A DNA stretch of 64,000 bases from a virus (taxonomy: Duplodnaviria; Caudoviricetes). The stretch is taken from IMG/VR virus record IMGVR_UViG_3300001336_000005, positions 7,034-71,033 of that record; one strand, given 5' to 3'. Under the pieces are notes generated by a model. It made no database searches, was not told where the DNA came from, and was given only the letters and a program-made list of their open reading frames with translations. The translations under genes and the position numbers were made by a program. Shown piece after piece: positions 56,457 to 64,000 of the stretch; positions within the stretch are counted from its first letter, which is position 1, and every line of letters starts with the position of its first letter.

Positions 56457-58559
56457 ATGAAAGTAAAAGATATACTTTTGTTAGAATCAGGAATTAGAAT
56501 TCCAAAAGGAACAAAAGCAGCTAAAATAATATTTCATAGAGATTTAGACGGAGTTTTTTCGGCTATTATAACATATAATCAATTAATTAAACAAGGGATA
56601 GATAGAAAAAATATAATTCTTCACGGAATTCAATATGGTGGAGAATCTACATCTGCCAATATGAAAAAATATATGATTCCAAAAAAAGGTCAGATGATAG
56701 CTCTTGTTGATTTTGCTCGTTTAGATCCTGATACAAGAAGACCTGATTTTTGGACAGATCATCATCATAAAGAAGGTGAACCTAAAGAGTTGGCACAAAA
56801 AGGTTCAAGAATAGGTAAAAGTGAGTTTAAGGCAGACACAGCACATTTAGCTCAGTCACATGCTCAAGGAGTTATGGATTCAGCTACAATAAAAGCAATA
56901 GAAATCGTAGATAGTGCTGGGTATACAAATCTTAAAGATACTTTTTTATTAAGAAAAGATTTTAAAGAAAAAAATAGAATGGAACGTCTTGCTATTTTAA
57001 TTAATGCTTTAATGTCTGATTTTAGAATTTGGAATAAAGATGATATTATGGAAGCATTTATTAAGGAAACAAAGCCGTCTTTAGTTAGTGCTTATAATAC
57101 ATTATTAAAATATATTGATTTAAGTAAGATTCAAGAAGAAGCTATAAAAGAAATAGTAAAGCCAAATCCAGACTGGAAAAAAGTAGAAGAATCACGAAAA
57201 TTAATGCCTACTATGAAGATGAAAAAGAAAATAGTAAAAGAGAATACAAATTTAAAAGAAGATGCTTTATCAGATTATAAAGAAAAACAAGAATTAAAAG
57301 TAAAGGGAAATAAGAGAACAGAAGAAGAAAATAAAAGATATAAAGAATTATTAAATAAAGATTTAAATTTAATAAAACATAAAAGAGAAGGCTCTTTAAA
57401 AGCAAGTGTAAAAAAAGGTGGAAGATTTGAACCAAAAGAAAAAATAGTAATTCAATCAGAACCTAAAGCTCAAAGATATTTATGGACTCAGCTTCATAAA
57501 AATGGAGTTAAATTTCCTTTTGTTATAAAAAGATATGCTTCATTAATTCAGGTAGCAGTAAATCCAGATGTTTCTAAAGAGTTGAAAGACAAAATAGACT
57601 TAAACGCTATAGTTAAAAATATTTTTAAAGAAATAAGAGAAGAATTAAAAGGGCAATATCAAGATTGGGCTTTAGATATAATAGAAGGTAGATCTGGAGG
57701 TCATAAAACAATTACTAATATAGCGGATTTATATTTAATGTTTATGGCTCCAAAAAAAATAAGAACTGAATTAAAAGAACTAGAGACTTTAAAACAAAGA
57801 TTTTTAAATTTAAAAACATTAGGCTCAGGTAAATTATCTGACGAATTAAAAGAAAAACTAAAACAAGCTAGAAAAGAAATAAAAACATTTGAAACAAAAA
57901 AGCGTGGTCTTACCGATAATGAAAAGAAAAGATTAGAAGCTGCTAAGGATAAAATAAAAGAGTTAGAAGGCAAAGAGGGAAAATCCGCGAAGCCTCTTGA
58001 AAAAGCAAAAGAAACTATTAAATCTTTAGAAAATAAATATAAAATAACAAATATAGATGAGAAACAATATGCTGAGGCATTAAAAAAAGAAAAAACTCTT
58101 ATGCCTTATTTTGAAAAATATATGCCAGATAAAGCAAAAAGGCTTGAAGAACTTTTAAAAATAAAAGAAGAATATGCTGAAAAAAGAAGAAAACTAATAG
58201 ATGAAATAATAAATAAATTTGAAAAAAAAATAAATGATTTAGCAAATAAATATAATATAAAAGTTGATGATAAAGATTTAGATCCAAGATTTAAAATGGA
58301 AGAAAGTATATTAAAATTAAAAAATGAAATTTTAGAGGAAGAAATAAAGAAACCTACTGAAAAAGATAAAAAAACATGGAAAGGATCTGGAAAACTTTAT
58401 TATGTTATAAAAAGTGAAGAAGGAAAAGTTTTAGGTTATATAGATGATGAGTATGTAAATAAATTATCAAATAAAATGAATAAAAATATTTCTCCTAGAG
58501 CAGCAGCTCATATCAGATTAGGTCAAGTAGAATATTTTAAAAAAAAGGCAAATAAATGA
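56457..58559 (+). CDS. DHH-family phosphoesterase with coiled-coil and C-terminal extensions, putative virion-packaged protein
   Basis: HRDLDG (motif I), LVDF (II), TDHH (III), IVDSAGY (IV). N-terminus MKVKDILLLES; late motif at 56422. Confidence 0.8.
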   Translation: MKVKDILLLESGIRIPKGTKAAKIIFHRDLDGVFSAIITYNQLIKQGIDRKNIILHGIQYGGESTSANMKKYMIPKKGQMIALVDFARLDPDTRRPDFWTDHHHKEGEPKELAQKGSRIGKSEFKADTAHLAQSHAQGVMDSATIKAIEIVDSAGYTNLKDTFLLRKDFKEKNRMERLAILINALMSDFRIWNKDDIMEAFIKETKPSLVSAYNTLLKYIDLSKIQEEAIKEIVKPNPDWKKVEESRKLMPTMKMKKKIVKENTNLKEDALSDYKEKQELKVKGNKRTEEENKRYKELLNKDLNLIKHKREGSLKASVKKGGRFEPKEKIVIQSEPKAQRYLWTQLHKNGVKFPFVIKRYASLIQVAVNPDVSKELKDKIDLNAIVKNIFKEIREELKGQYQDWALDIIEGRSGGHKTITNIADLYLMFMAPKKIRTELKELETLKQRFLNLKTLGSGKLSDELKEKLKQARKEIKTFETKKRGLTDNEKKRLEAAKDKIKELEGKEGKSAKPLEKAKETIKSLENKYKITNIDEKQYAEALKKEKTLMPYFEKYMPDKAKRLEELLKIKEEYAEKRRKLIDEIINKFEKKINDLANKYNIKVDDKDLDPRFKMEESILKLKNEILEEEIKKPTEKDKKTWKGSGKLYYVIKSEEGKVLGYIDDEYVNKLSNKMNKNISPRAAAHIRLGQVEYFKKKANK

Positions 58560-59395
58560 AATTCTACGAATTATTAAACGAATCTTTAAGTAAAGAAGTT
58601 TATCATTATACAAATAGAATAATTGACATATTAGAAACTAATAAATTTAAACTAACATCAAGCTTAGGCACATCTGCTGATGATAATTTAAATCCAAAAA
58701 AGAAATTTTATTTTATGTCAGTGAGTAGAGTAAAATTTGGCGGATATACAAGAAGTAATACATCTAAATATAATAGTTCTGTAGTTTTAGTTTTAAATGG
58801 TGATAAGCTAAATCAAAAATATCACGCTAAACCTGTAGATTATTGGGGAAGAGAATTTAGAAAAGATAAAAGAGCTCCAAAAGACTCAAGATTGTCTGCT
58901 GATGAGAATGAAGAAAGATTATTTTCAGATAAACCAGAAATTCCAAATGCTTCTTCTTATATAAAAGAAATTCATGTGTGGAACTATAGTGAGTTTAAAA
59001 AATTATCAGCTTTAACAAATCTTGCTGATGCCAAAGGAATACCATTATATTTTCACAAAGATATAAATACATTTAAAACTTTAAATAAAACAAAATCACA
59101 ACTTGTTGATAGAAGTTTAAAATCTGATATAGGTGAAATAATAAATTTTATCAAAACCGGTAAATTAGTTCATAATAGTACATTTGAAAAGGCAAAGTAT
59201 TCTATTGATTATCACAAAGGAGATAAAGAAAAAATAAAAAAAGATTTTTATTTTAAAGAAGCAGTAACCATATTAAAAAATGATATACACAATAATAAAA
59301 CAACAAATAGAGAAAAAATAAATAAACTAGTAGAAGAAATGAAAAAACTAAAAACTAGAACAGTAGAGGATTTCTTGATTAAAGTTTTTAAATAA
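58556..59395 (+). CDS. ADP-ribosyltransferase-like protein, putative virion-packaged protein
   Basis: VYHYT (strand 1 His), FMSVSR (S-x-S), ENEER (E-x-E). N-terminus MKFYELLNES. Confidence 0.6.
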   Translation: MKFYELLNESLSKEVYHYTNRIIDILETNKFKLTSSLGTSADDNLNPKKKFYFMSVSRVKFGGYTRSNTSKYNSSVVLVLNGDKLNQKYHAKPVDYWGREFRKDKRAPKDSRLSADENEERLFSDKPEIPNASSYIKEIHVWNYSEFKKLSALTNLADAKGIPLYFHKDINTFKTLNKTKSQLVDRSLKSDIGEIINFIKTGKLVHNSTFEKAKYSIDYHKGDKEKIKKDFYFKEAVTILKNDIHNNKTTNREKINKLVEEMKKLKTRTVEDFLIKVFK

Positions 59396-59439
59396 ATCAT
59401 ACATAAGTAAAGGTAAATTAAAAATAGCAGGAGAAAATA

Positions 59440-60477
59440 ATGCTAAGAGATAATATATATAAAAATTTATATTCAATAACAGAAGAAGATATTAAAGGAA
59501 TAATTGAAAAATTTCCTATGAGTTTTAGAGGTGAAGTAGAAATTATAGGAGAACGTAATGGAGAAATAGTTCATTATGATAGAAACCATAATACTGTAAC
59601 AGATTGGATGAAATTTGCTACTATGCAAATGATAGCTGGAAACTCTTTTTCTCAATATGGAGAGACTAGATCAGAAGGAGATCATAGCAGTACAAAAAAT
59701 TCTGATGGGACTGTAGTTTCGGGTGACACATCTTATTTTGCAAGTACTGCTATAACAGAATTTCAAACAGCAATCGGTTCTTATATATATCCATTTTATG
59801 CCACTAAAATGCTATTTGGAACAGGAAAAGAAGCTTCTAGTTGGAGTGCTTTAACTAGCGAAGAACAAACATTTTTACAAGCAGAAGACGGATATACCTC
59901 TACTGCTAACTTTGATGCTAATATTTCTGACTCAAGTAATGTTTATTCTTATGATTCACAATCTAAAAAAAGAACTTACAATGACTCTTCTTCGGCAATT
60001 TTAACTGGAACGATTAGTACAAGTTCTCATGGAATAACTGGTGCAATAAAAAATGGAACTTATACTGATTCTACTGCTAGTGGAACTTATGAAACTACAG
60101 ACAGTAGTAATAATAAAGTTTTAAAATATGAATATAGAGGAATCGGAAAACCTAGTTTTATTTATTTAAATAGAAACAATACAAATAGAACAAAAGTATC
60201 TACATCAGAAATTTATTTAAGTACAAAAAATACATATGAAGATCAAATAGTTTTTACAGTTACTTTACCGGCACAGCCTTCTGGTGATTTTTATCCTTAT
60301 AATGGGTATACATTAAAAGAGATTGGGCTGTTTGCTGACGCTAAATTAAGTTCATTAGATGCTAGTCCTAGTAACTATATGCCTTATGGAATTATGTTAG
60401 CAAAAAGATATATTGCGCCTATTTATAAAACACACGATTTATCGATTACTGCTAAATGGACTATTTATATTAGTTAA
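59440..60477 (+). CDS. Tail collar / fibre-attachment baseplate protein
   Basis: HNTVT, MLFGTG, VFTVTLP, TLKEIGLF, MLAKR.I.PI.KT....I..KWTI. Confidence 0.65.
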   Translation: MLRDNIYKNLYSITEEDIKGIIEKFPMSFRGEVEIIGERNGEIVHYDRNHNTVTDWMKFATMQMIAGNSFSQYGETRSEGDHSSTKNSDGTVVSGDTSYFASTAITEFQTAIGSYIYPFYATKMLFGTGKEASSWSALTSEEQTFLQAEDGYTSTANFDANISDSSNVYSYDSQSKKRTYNDSSSAILTGTISTSSHGITGAIKNGTYTDSTASGTYETTDSSNNKVLKYEYRGIGKPSFIYLNRNNTNRTKVSTSEIYLSTKNTYEDQIVFTVTLPAQPSGDFYPYNGYTLKEIGLFADAKLSSLDASPSNYMPYGIMLAKRYIAPIYKTHDLSITAKWTIYIS

Positions 60478-60492
60478 TCTTATGAAAATAAC

Positions 60493-60527
60493 AAAAAAAG
60501 AGCATCAAACTTGATGCTCTTTTTTTT
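60493..60527. terminator. Terminator ending the tail operon
   Basis: A7-GAGCATCAA/TTGATGCTC-T-run. Confidence 0.88.
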
Positions 60528-60528
60528 A

Positions 60529-60557
60529 TTGACAAAATTAAAAATTTTTTGTAAACT
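60529..60557 (+). promoter_or_regulatory. Sigma70 promoter
   Basis: TTGACA-17-TAAACT, immediately after the terminator. Confidence 0.7.
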
Positions 60558-60689
60558 TAATACAGATTGTTTTTAAAAAAGATACCTATGAAAATTTAAA
60601 AGATTTAGATTTAGATTTTAAAGATAAGATATATTATCTTTTAATAGAAGGAGATTATAAAGAAATCGTAAAAACTATAGGAGAACGTT

Positions 60690-60938
60690 ATGGCAGTAAA
60701 AGCTAATGTTTACAGTTGTAAAACAGATATAAATGAAAATAGTATCAGTAAAACTGTAAGTACGCCATTTGGCTATGAAGAAGCGGCTTTGGATTTTTTA
60801 GATTCAAGTTTAAATCCAGATAATTTAAAAGGGAAAAAAATAATAGTAGAGGTAGAAGATTCAAAGGGAAACATTAGAGAAGTAGTTATAATAACTAAAA
60901 AAGTTTATACTTTTGAATTGTTAAAAAATGAAAATTAA
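60690..60938 (+). CDS. Hypothetical early protein
   Basis: GGAG SD, downstream of the promoter at 60529. Confidence 0.6.
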   Translation: MAVKANVYSCKTDINENSISKTVSTPFGYEEAALDFLDSSLNPDNLKGKKIIVEVEDSKGNIREVVIITKKVYTFELLKNEN

Positions 60939-61098
60939 TTTAGAAATAAAAACAGAAAAAGAATTTAAAGATTTAGATTTTGTTTTGTTTGCAATATCTA
61001 ATTATATTAGAATAAATAACGTAACTATTAACAAAGAAGAATTAGTAGATTGCAAAAATTGTGGAGAAATAAAGTTTAAAATCCTAGAAACTTCTTAG
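60928..61098 (+). CDS. Small hypothetical protein (56 aa)
   Basis: MKINLEIKTEK...CKNC, overlapping the previous stop. Confidence 0.45.
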   Translation: MKINLEIKTEKEFKDLDFVLFAISNYIRINNVTINKEELVDCKNCGEIKFKILETS

Positions 61099-61148
61099 GA
61101 AAAAAAATCAAAAAAAGAGTTCCAGACAGCAAGCGAGGTGAGATAGCA

Positions 61149-61715
61149 ATGATAAAAGCAAATAACGAAAATGTATTTGTTGGGGCAAAAGTAAAATATA
61201 AAAATAAAGAATATTATGTAGCAAAGGTAAATCAAAAATCTTGCTATATTTGTGATTTAAATAAAAAAGAACTAGAAAAAGAAAATGTAATTCTTGGAGA
61301 AACTGACAGAAAAATATATAATAAATTTACAGATTTAATGAAAAGTCCGAGAGTTAATGGGAAAAAAGTAACTTATGAAGAACTGTTTATTTTTGAAAAA
61401 GAAATAGGCAAAAAAGAAGAAATGGATAAAATAGAAGAACACAAGAAAAAAACTAAAATTAAAATACCATTAGTTGCAGAACGAAAAATATTAGAGTTAC
61501 TTAATAACAAAAGAAAGGGAAAGCCTTGGATGTACAGAAATACTATAAATAAATCTGATCTAATTATGCTTGGTGCTAATGAAGAAGGAATTTGTTTAAT
61601 TAGATATGGCGAGGATAAAATTTTCTTTGATACAAACAAAAGAATTTCTTCTTACTTTAATGAAGAAATTCATAAAAATGGAAAAGAAATTATTTTTCCA
61701 AAAATTTTAAATTAG
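61149..61715 (+). CDS. Hypothetical early protein
   Basis: GAGG SD, followed by a terminator. Confidence 0.65.
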   Translation: MIKANNENVFVGAKVKYKNKEYYVAKVNQKSCYICDLNKKELEKENVILGETDRKIYNKFTDLMKSPRVNGKKVTYEELFIFEKEIGKKEEMDKIEEHKKKTKIKIPLVAERKILELLNNKRKGKPWMYRNTINKSDLIMLGANEEGICLIRYGEDKIFFDTNKRISSYFNEEIHKNGKEIIFPKILN

Positions 61716-61724
61716 AAAAATTAT

Positions 61725-61771
61725 AAAAACCGCAAGAAAAACCGCAAGAAATATTTTTTTGCGGTTTTTCT
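61725..61771 (+). terminator. Terminator with a duplicated left arm
   Basis: AAAAACCGCAAG occurs twice and pairs with TTGCGGTTTTT. Confidence 0.7.
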
Positions 61772-61875
61772 ATCATAAAATCCCAGTAACTACCAGTATA
61801 CAAACTCTTAGTACCCCCGCTTATTAAGGGGGTTTTGAGCATTTTTATGCCTTTTGCTATTCTAGAAGTTAGGTC

Positions 61876-62300
61876 TTGACAAAAAAATTTTTTTATGATA
61901 TTTACGAGCGCCTATGTGCGATTCTATTTTTTTTAAAACGCAAGAGGGTATTGACAAAAAAATTTTTTAGTGTTATGATTAAAGGGCGTTCAGCGATGAG
62001 CTAAACGCTGACGGGATTAATAACCTGTTAGGTATTGACAAGAAAATTTTTTCTTGCTATACTAAAAGGGCGTTCAGCGATAAACTGAGCAAGGGTATTG
62101 ACAAGAAAATTTTTTCTTGCTATACTAAAAGGGCGTTCAACGTTCAGCGATAAACTGAGCAAGGGTATTGACAAGAAAATTTTTTCTTGCTATACTAAAA
62201 GGGCGTTCACTATACTAAAAGGGCGTTCAGCGGTTGTTTGGTAATTCAAACAGGGTATTGACAAGAAAATTTTTTCTTGCTATACTAAAAGGGCACTCAG
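61876..62300 (+). repeat. Tandem array of six sigma70 promoters, four of them identical 41-bp units
   Basis: TTGACA at 61876, 61951, 62035, 62098, 62168 and 62258, each 17 bp from a -10 box (TATTTA, TATGAT, TATACT x4). Confidence 0.93.
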
Positions 62301-62352
62301 CAATGAGCTGAGTACAAAATACATAGTACTAACTATAATGGAGGTACGCACT

Positions 62353-62832
62353 ATGAAAACCATCGTGGTTAAACTGAAGGACTTAAAACTTAGTCCTGAA
62401 GAAAAGAAAGAAGTGGAAGTCTTCAAGATGGCTGAGGAATCTGCTAAAAACAGAATAGAAATAGCAGGTGTTCATGGAACCCCATATTCTACTGGTAATA
62501 AGAACAGAGTCCCTAAAGGTAACAAAAACTGGAGTGACAAAAATAAACATCTTTATGATAAGGAAAAAGTCAAAGTTATGTGGAAAAGGGGGTGTTCTCC
62601 GAAAGAGAAAGTAATCAAAGCTGTAAATATCGGAGATATAATATTTGTCAAAGACAAAACTACGGGTGAAGTGTTCCCTGCTATGGCAGAAAAATTCAAC
62701 GAAAATAGGCTTTCTGTTCTAGTGAAAAGTGGGCTAAATGGAGTCAAAACGCGCTCTTTTGGTTATGATAAAATTTTGACAAAAGAGCAGGCTACTAGTG
62801 GACAGTATAAGGTACGTCTTGACCTTGCCTAG
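62353..62832 (+). CDS. Hypothetical early protein (start ATG 62353)
   Basis: GGAGG SD at good spacing. First gene after the promoter array. Confidence 0.7.
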   Translation: MKTIVVKLKDLKLSPEEKKEVEVFKMAEESAKNRIEIAGVHGTPYSTGNKNRVPKGNKNWSDKNKHLYDKEKVKVMWKRGCSPKEKVIKAVNIGDIIFVKDKTTGEVFPAMAEKFNENRLSVLVKSGLNGVKTRSFGYDKILTKEQATSGQYKVRLDLA

Positions 62833-62887
62833 GGTATTGACAAAGAAATTTTTTCCGGCTATGATATAAGTGTGAGTCGGAGGTACG

Positions 62888-63166
62888 ATGACAAAAAAAT
62901 ATACTTCTGTCGTGTTTATACATGACTATGATGACAAGGAAGTGGAAAATCTCCTTCAAAAACTTAGGGAGATTGGAGACACCGAGCAAAAAGAGCGTAA
63001 GCTCTTAGAGCATCTAAAGCAATGGGACTATGGCGATATAGGAGAACTATATACAGAGCCATCAGCAGGGCAAGAAGATACTTCTGTCAAGATTGAAGAA
63101 TATATTCTATCTTACAATACAAGATTAGGTTATGTGGGTCTTGACAAAGAAATTTTTTCCGAGTAA
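62888..63166 (+). CDS. Hypothetical early protein
   Basis: GGAGG SD and its own promoter at 62837. Confidence 0.7.
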   Translation: MTKKYTSVVFIHDYDDKEVENLLQKLREIGDTEQKERKLLEHLKQWDYGDIGELYTEPSAGQEDTSVKIEEYILSYNTRLGYVGLDKEIFSE

Positions 63167-63181
63167 AATAAAGGAAAGAAA

Positions 63182-63316
63182 ATGGATGAATTTTTAGTAG
63201 GTACTTGTGATAAGTGTAGGGAAGATATATATTCTACAGATGCTTTCGTAGAAATTATTGATGGAACGGGATTGGTATGCCAAAATTGTTTCTTGTATGA
63301 TGGTGTTGACGAATAA
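63182..63316 (+). CDS. Small Cys4 zinc-finger-like protein (44 aa)
   Basis: MDEFLVGTCDKC...CQNC...VDE; AAGGA SD; its own promoter at 63141. Confidence 0.6.
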   Translation: MDEFLVGTCDKCREDIYSTDAFVEIIDGTGLVCQNCFLYDGVDE

Positions 63317-63354
63317 ATTTTTTCCTGCTATAATAATGCCAACGGAGGGCAAAA

Positions 63355-63723
63355 ATGATTAAAGACAAAGAAGATTTTATTGCAGATTTTGAAAAGGCGA
63401 CAAAGTGGCTTAAAAAGAAGTACGGTGTCGAGTTGTCTGTGAATGACATCTCTGAAGGTACTATGGAGATAGCTCTCAACGAAGTTGAAGGATTTGTACC
63501 AAAGGTGTCAAAATCAAGAGCGGCTTTTGAGGAAGTGTGTGAAAAATTCGGATTCAAGAAATCGGATTATTTCAGCAATATTAAAATTGCTGGGGTGGGG
63601 GTGTGCCGTTTCTTCAAGTTTGAGGAAATTGAAGGTAAAACTATGGCGGTAGCTATCAACAGAAAAACCAAACAATACTATGCTGTAAGTCTGGAAGATA
63701 TGAAAAGCGAAATGTATGCCTGA
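63355..63723 (+). CDS. Hypothetical early protein
   Basis: GGAGG SD and its own promoter at 63306. Confidence 0.7.
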   Translation: MIKDKEDFIADFEKATKWLKKKYGVELSVNDISEGTMEIALNEVEGFVPKVSKSRAAFEEVCEKFGFKKSDYFSNIKIAGVGVCRFFKFEEIEGKTMAVAINRKTKQYYAVSLEDMKSEMYA

Positions 63724-63863
63724 GATAGGTCTTGACAAAAAGAATTTTTTCTGGTAGAATAATAGTGGGTAGTGTGGTCGGGCAGAATGGACGGGAAATT
63801 TAGGCAAAGGTTATGATTTTTCCTTTAAAAATCTTCTACCAATTTTTATAGAAAGGAGGTATA

Positions 63864-64000
63864 ATGTTTAGAAGCATACTGTATATATATAATATATACA
63901 ATGATTACTTTGTAAACATTTTTGACTTTCTAAAGTCAATCTTAAATACCATTCTTTCTAATAAAAGGTTTGGCAGTTTAACCAGAGAAAAAACTGTGAA
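63864..64000 (+). CDS. Possible partial ORF at the right edge
   Basis: AAGGAGGT SD, then ATG, open to the window end. Confidence 0.35.
   Translation, partial: MFRSILYIYNIYNDYFVNIFDFLKSILNTILSNKRFGSLTREKTV

Larger units (their letters stand above)
62837..63760 (+). promoter_or_regulatory. Related sigma70 promoter cassettes, one before each early gene (62837, 63141, 63306, 63732)
   Basis: TTGAC(A/G)-17 bp with A-tract then T6-TATGAT/TAAAAT/TATAAT/TAGAAT. Confidence 0.88.

Noticed and set aside
62031-62300. Repeat-spacer pattern as a CRISPR mini-array
   Set aside because: The repeats are complete sigma70 promoters, the intervening sequences are related to each other and irregular in length, and there are no cas genes in the window.
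4056-63807. Antisense or overlapping ORFs in the track (for example 4056-4520, 17518-18096, 25936-26304, 43972-44715, 63255-63557, 63514-63807)
   Set aside because: These are F/L/S/I-rich shadows of K/E-rich real genes on the opposite strand or frame, without SD or motifs.
1-64000. Stop-codon reassignment (alternative genetic code)
   Set aside because: Genes are long and densely packed under code 11, and TAG and TGA end genes at sensible positions.
1-64000. tRNA, rRNA, integrase, IS elements, reverse transcriptase/DGR
   Set aside because: I saw no cloverleaf, rRNA-like segment, recombinase, transposase or RT motif. The in-gene repeats are tandem expansions, not TR/VR pairs. tRNAscan was not run.

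Overview
The window is a very AT-rich, gene-dense segment of a large T4-like (contractile-tailed, probably jumbo) bacteriophage genome in the standard genetic code. I saw no tRNA, rRNA or cas genes. The left ~37.8 kb is mostly minus-strand DNA replication, recombination and nucleotide metabolism: dUTPase, DnaB/gp41 helicase, Holliday junction resolvase, peptide deformylase, NAD-dependent ligase, primase, RNase H/5' exonuclease, class II RNR with an HNH intein, gp46/47, UvsW, GroES, RecA/UvsX and gp32. The stretch 37.8-60.5 kb is mostly plus-strand tail and baseplate genes (hub, tape measure, gp53, gp5/spike, gp25, gp6, gp7-like, collar). The last ~3.5 kb is an early accessory region full of repeated sigma70 promoters. 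Four observations stand out. (1) The family C (DnaE) polymerase is broken into four genes over ~9.75 kb. Only the last junction is repaired by a split intein, with an HNH-NUMOD1 endonuclease gene between the halves. The other two junctions have no intein and are separated by NrdJ and by a gp55-like sigma gene. (2) A GTAAAG[A/T/G]TA motif lies upstream of about 15 virion/late genes and is the candidate late promoter. (3) Eight scattered proteins share a T4 internal-protein-like N-terminal signal, including a DHH phosphoesterase, an ADP-ribosyltransferase-like protein and a metallopeptidase. (4) Six consensus sigma70 promoters with short hairpins form a tandem array. All functional calls come from motif recognition by eye; no database searches were run.
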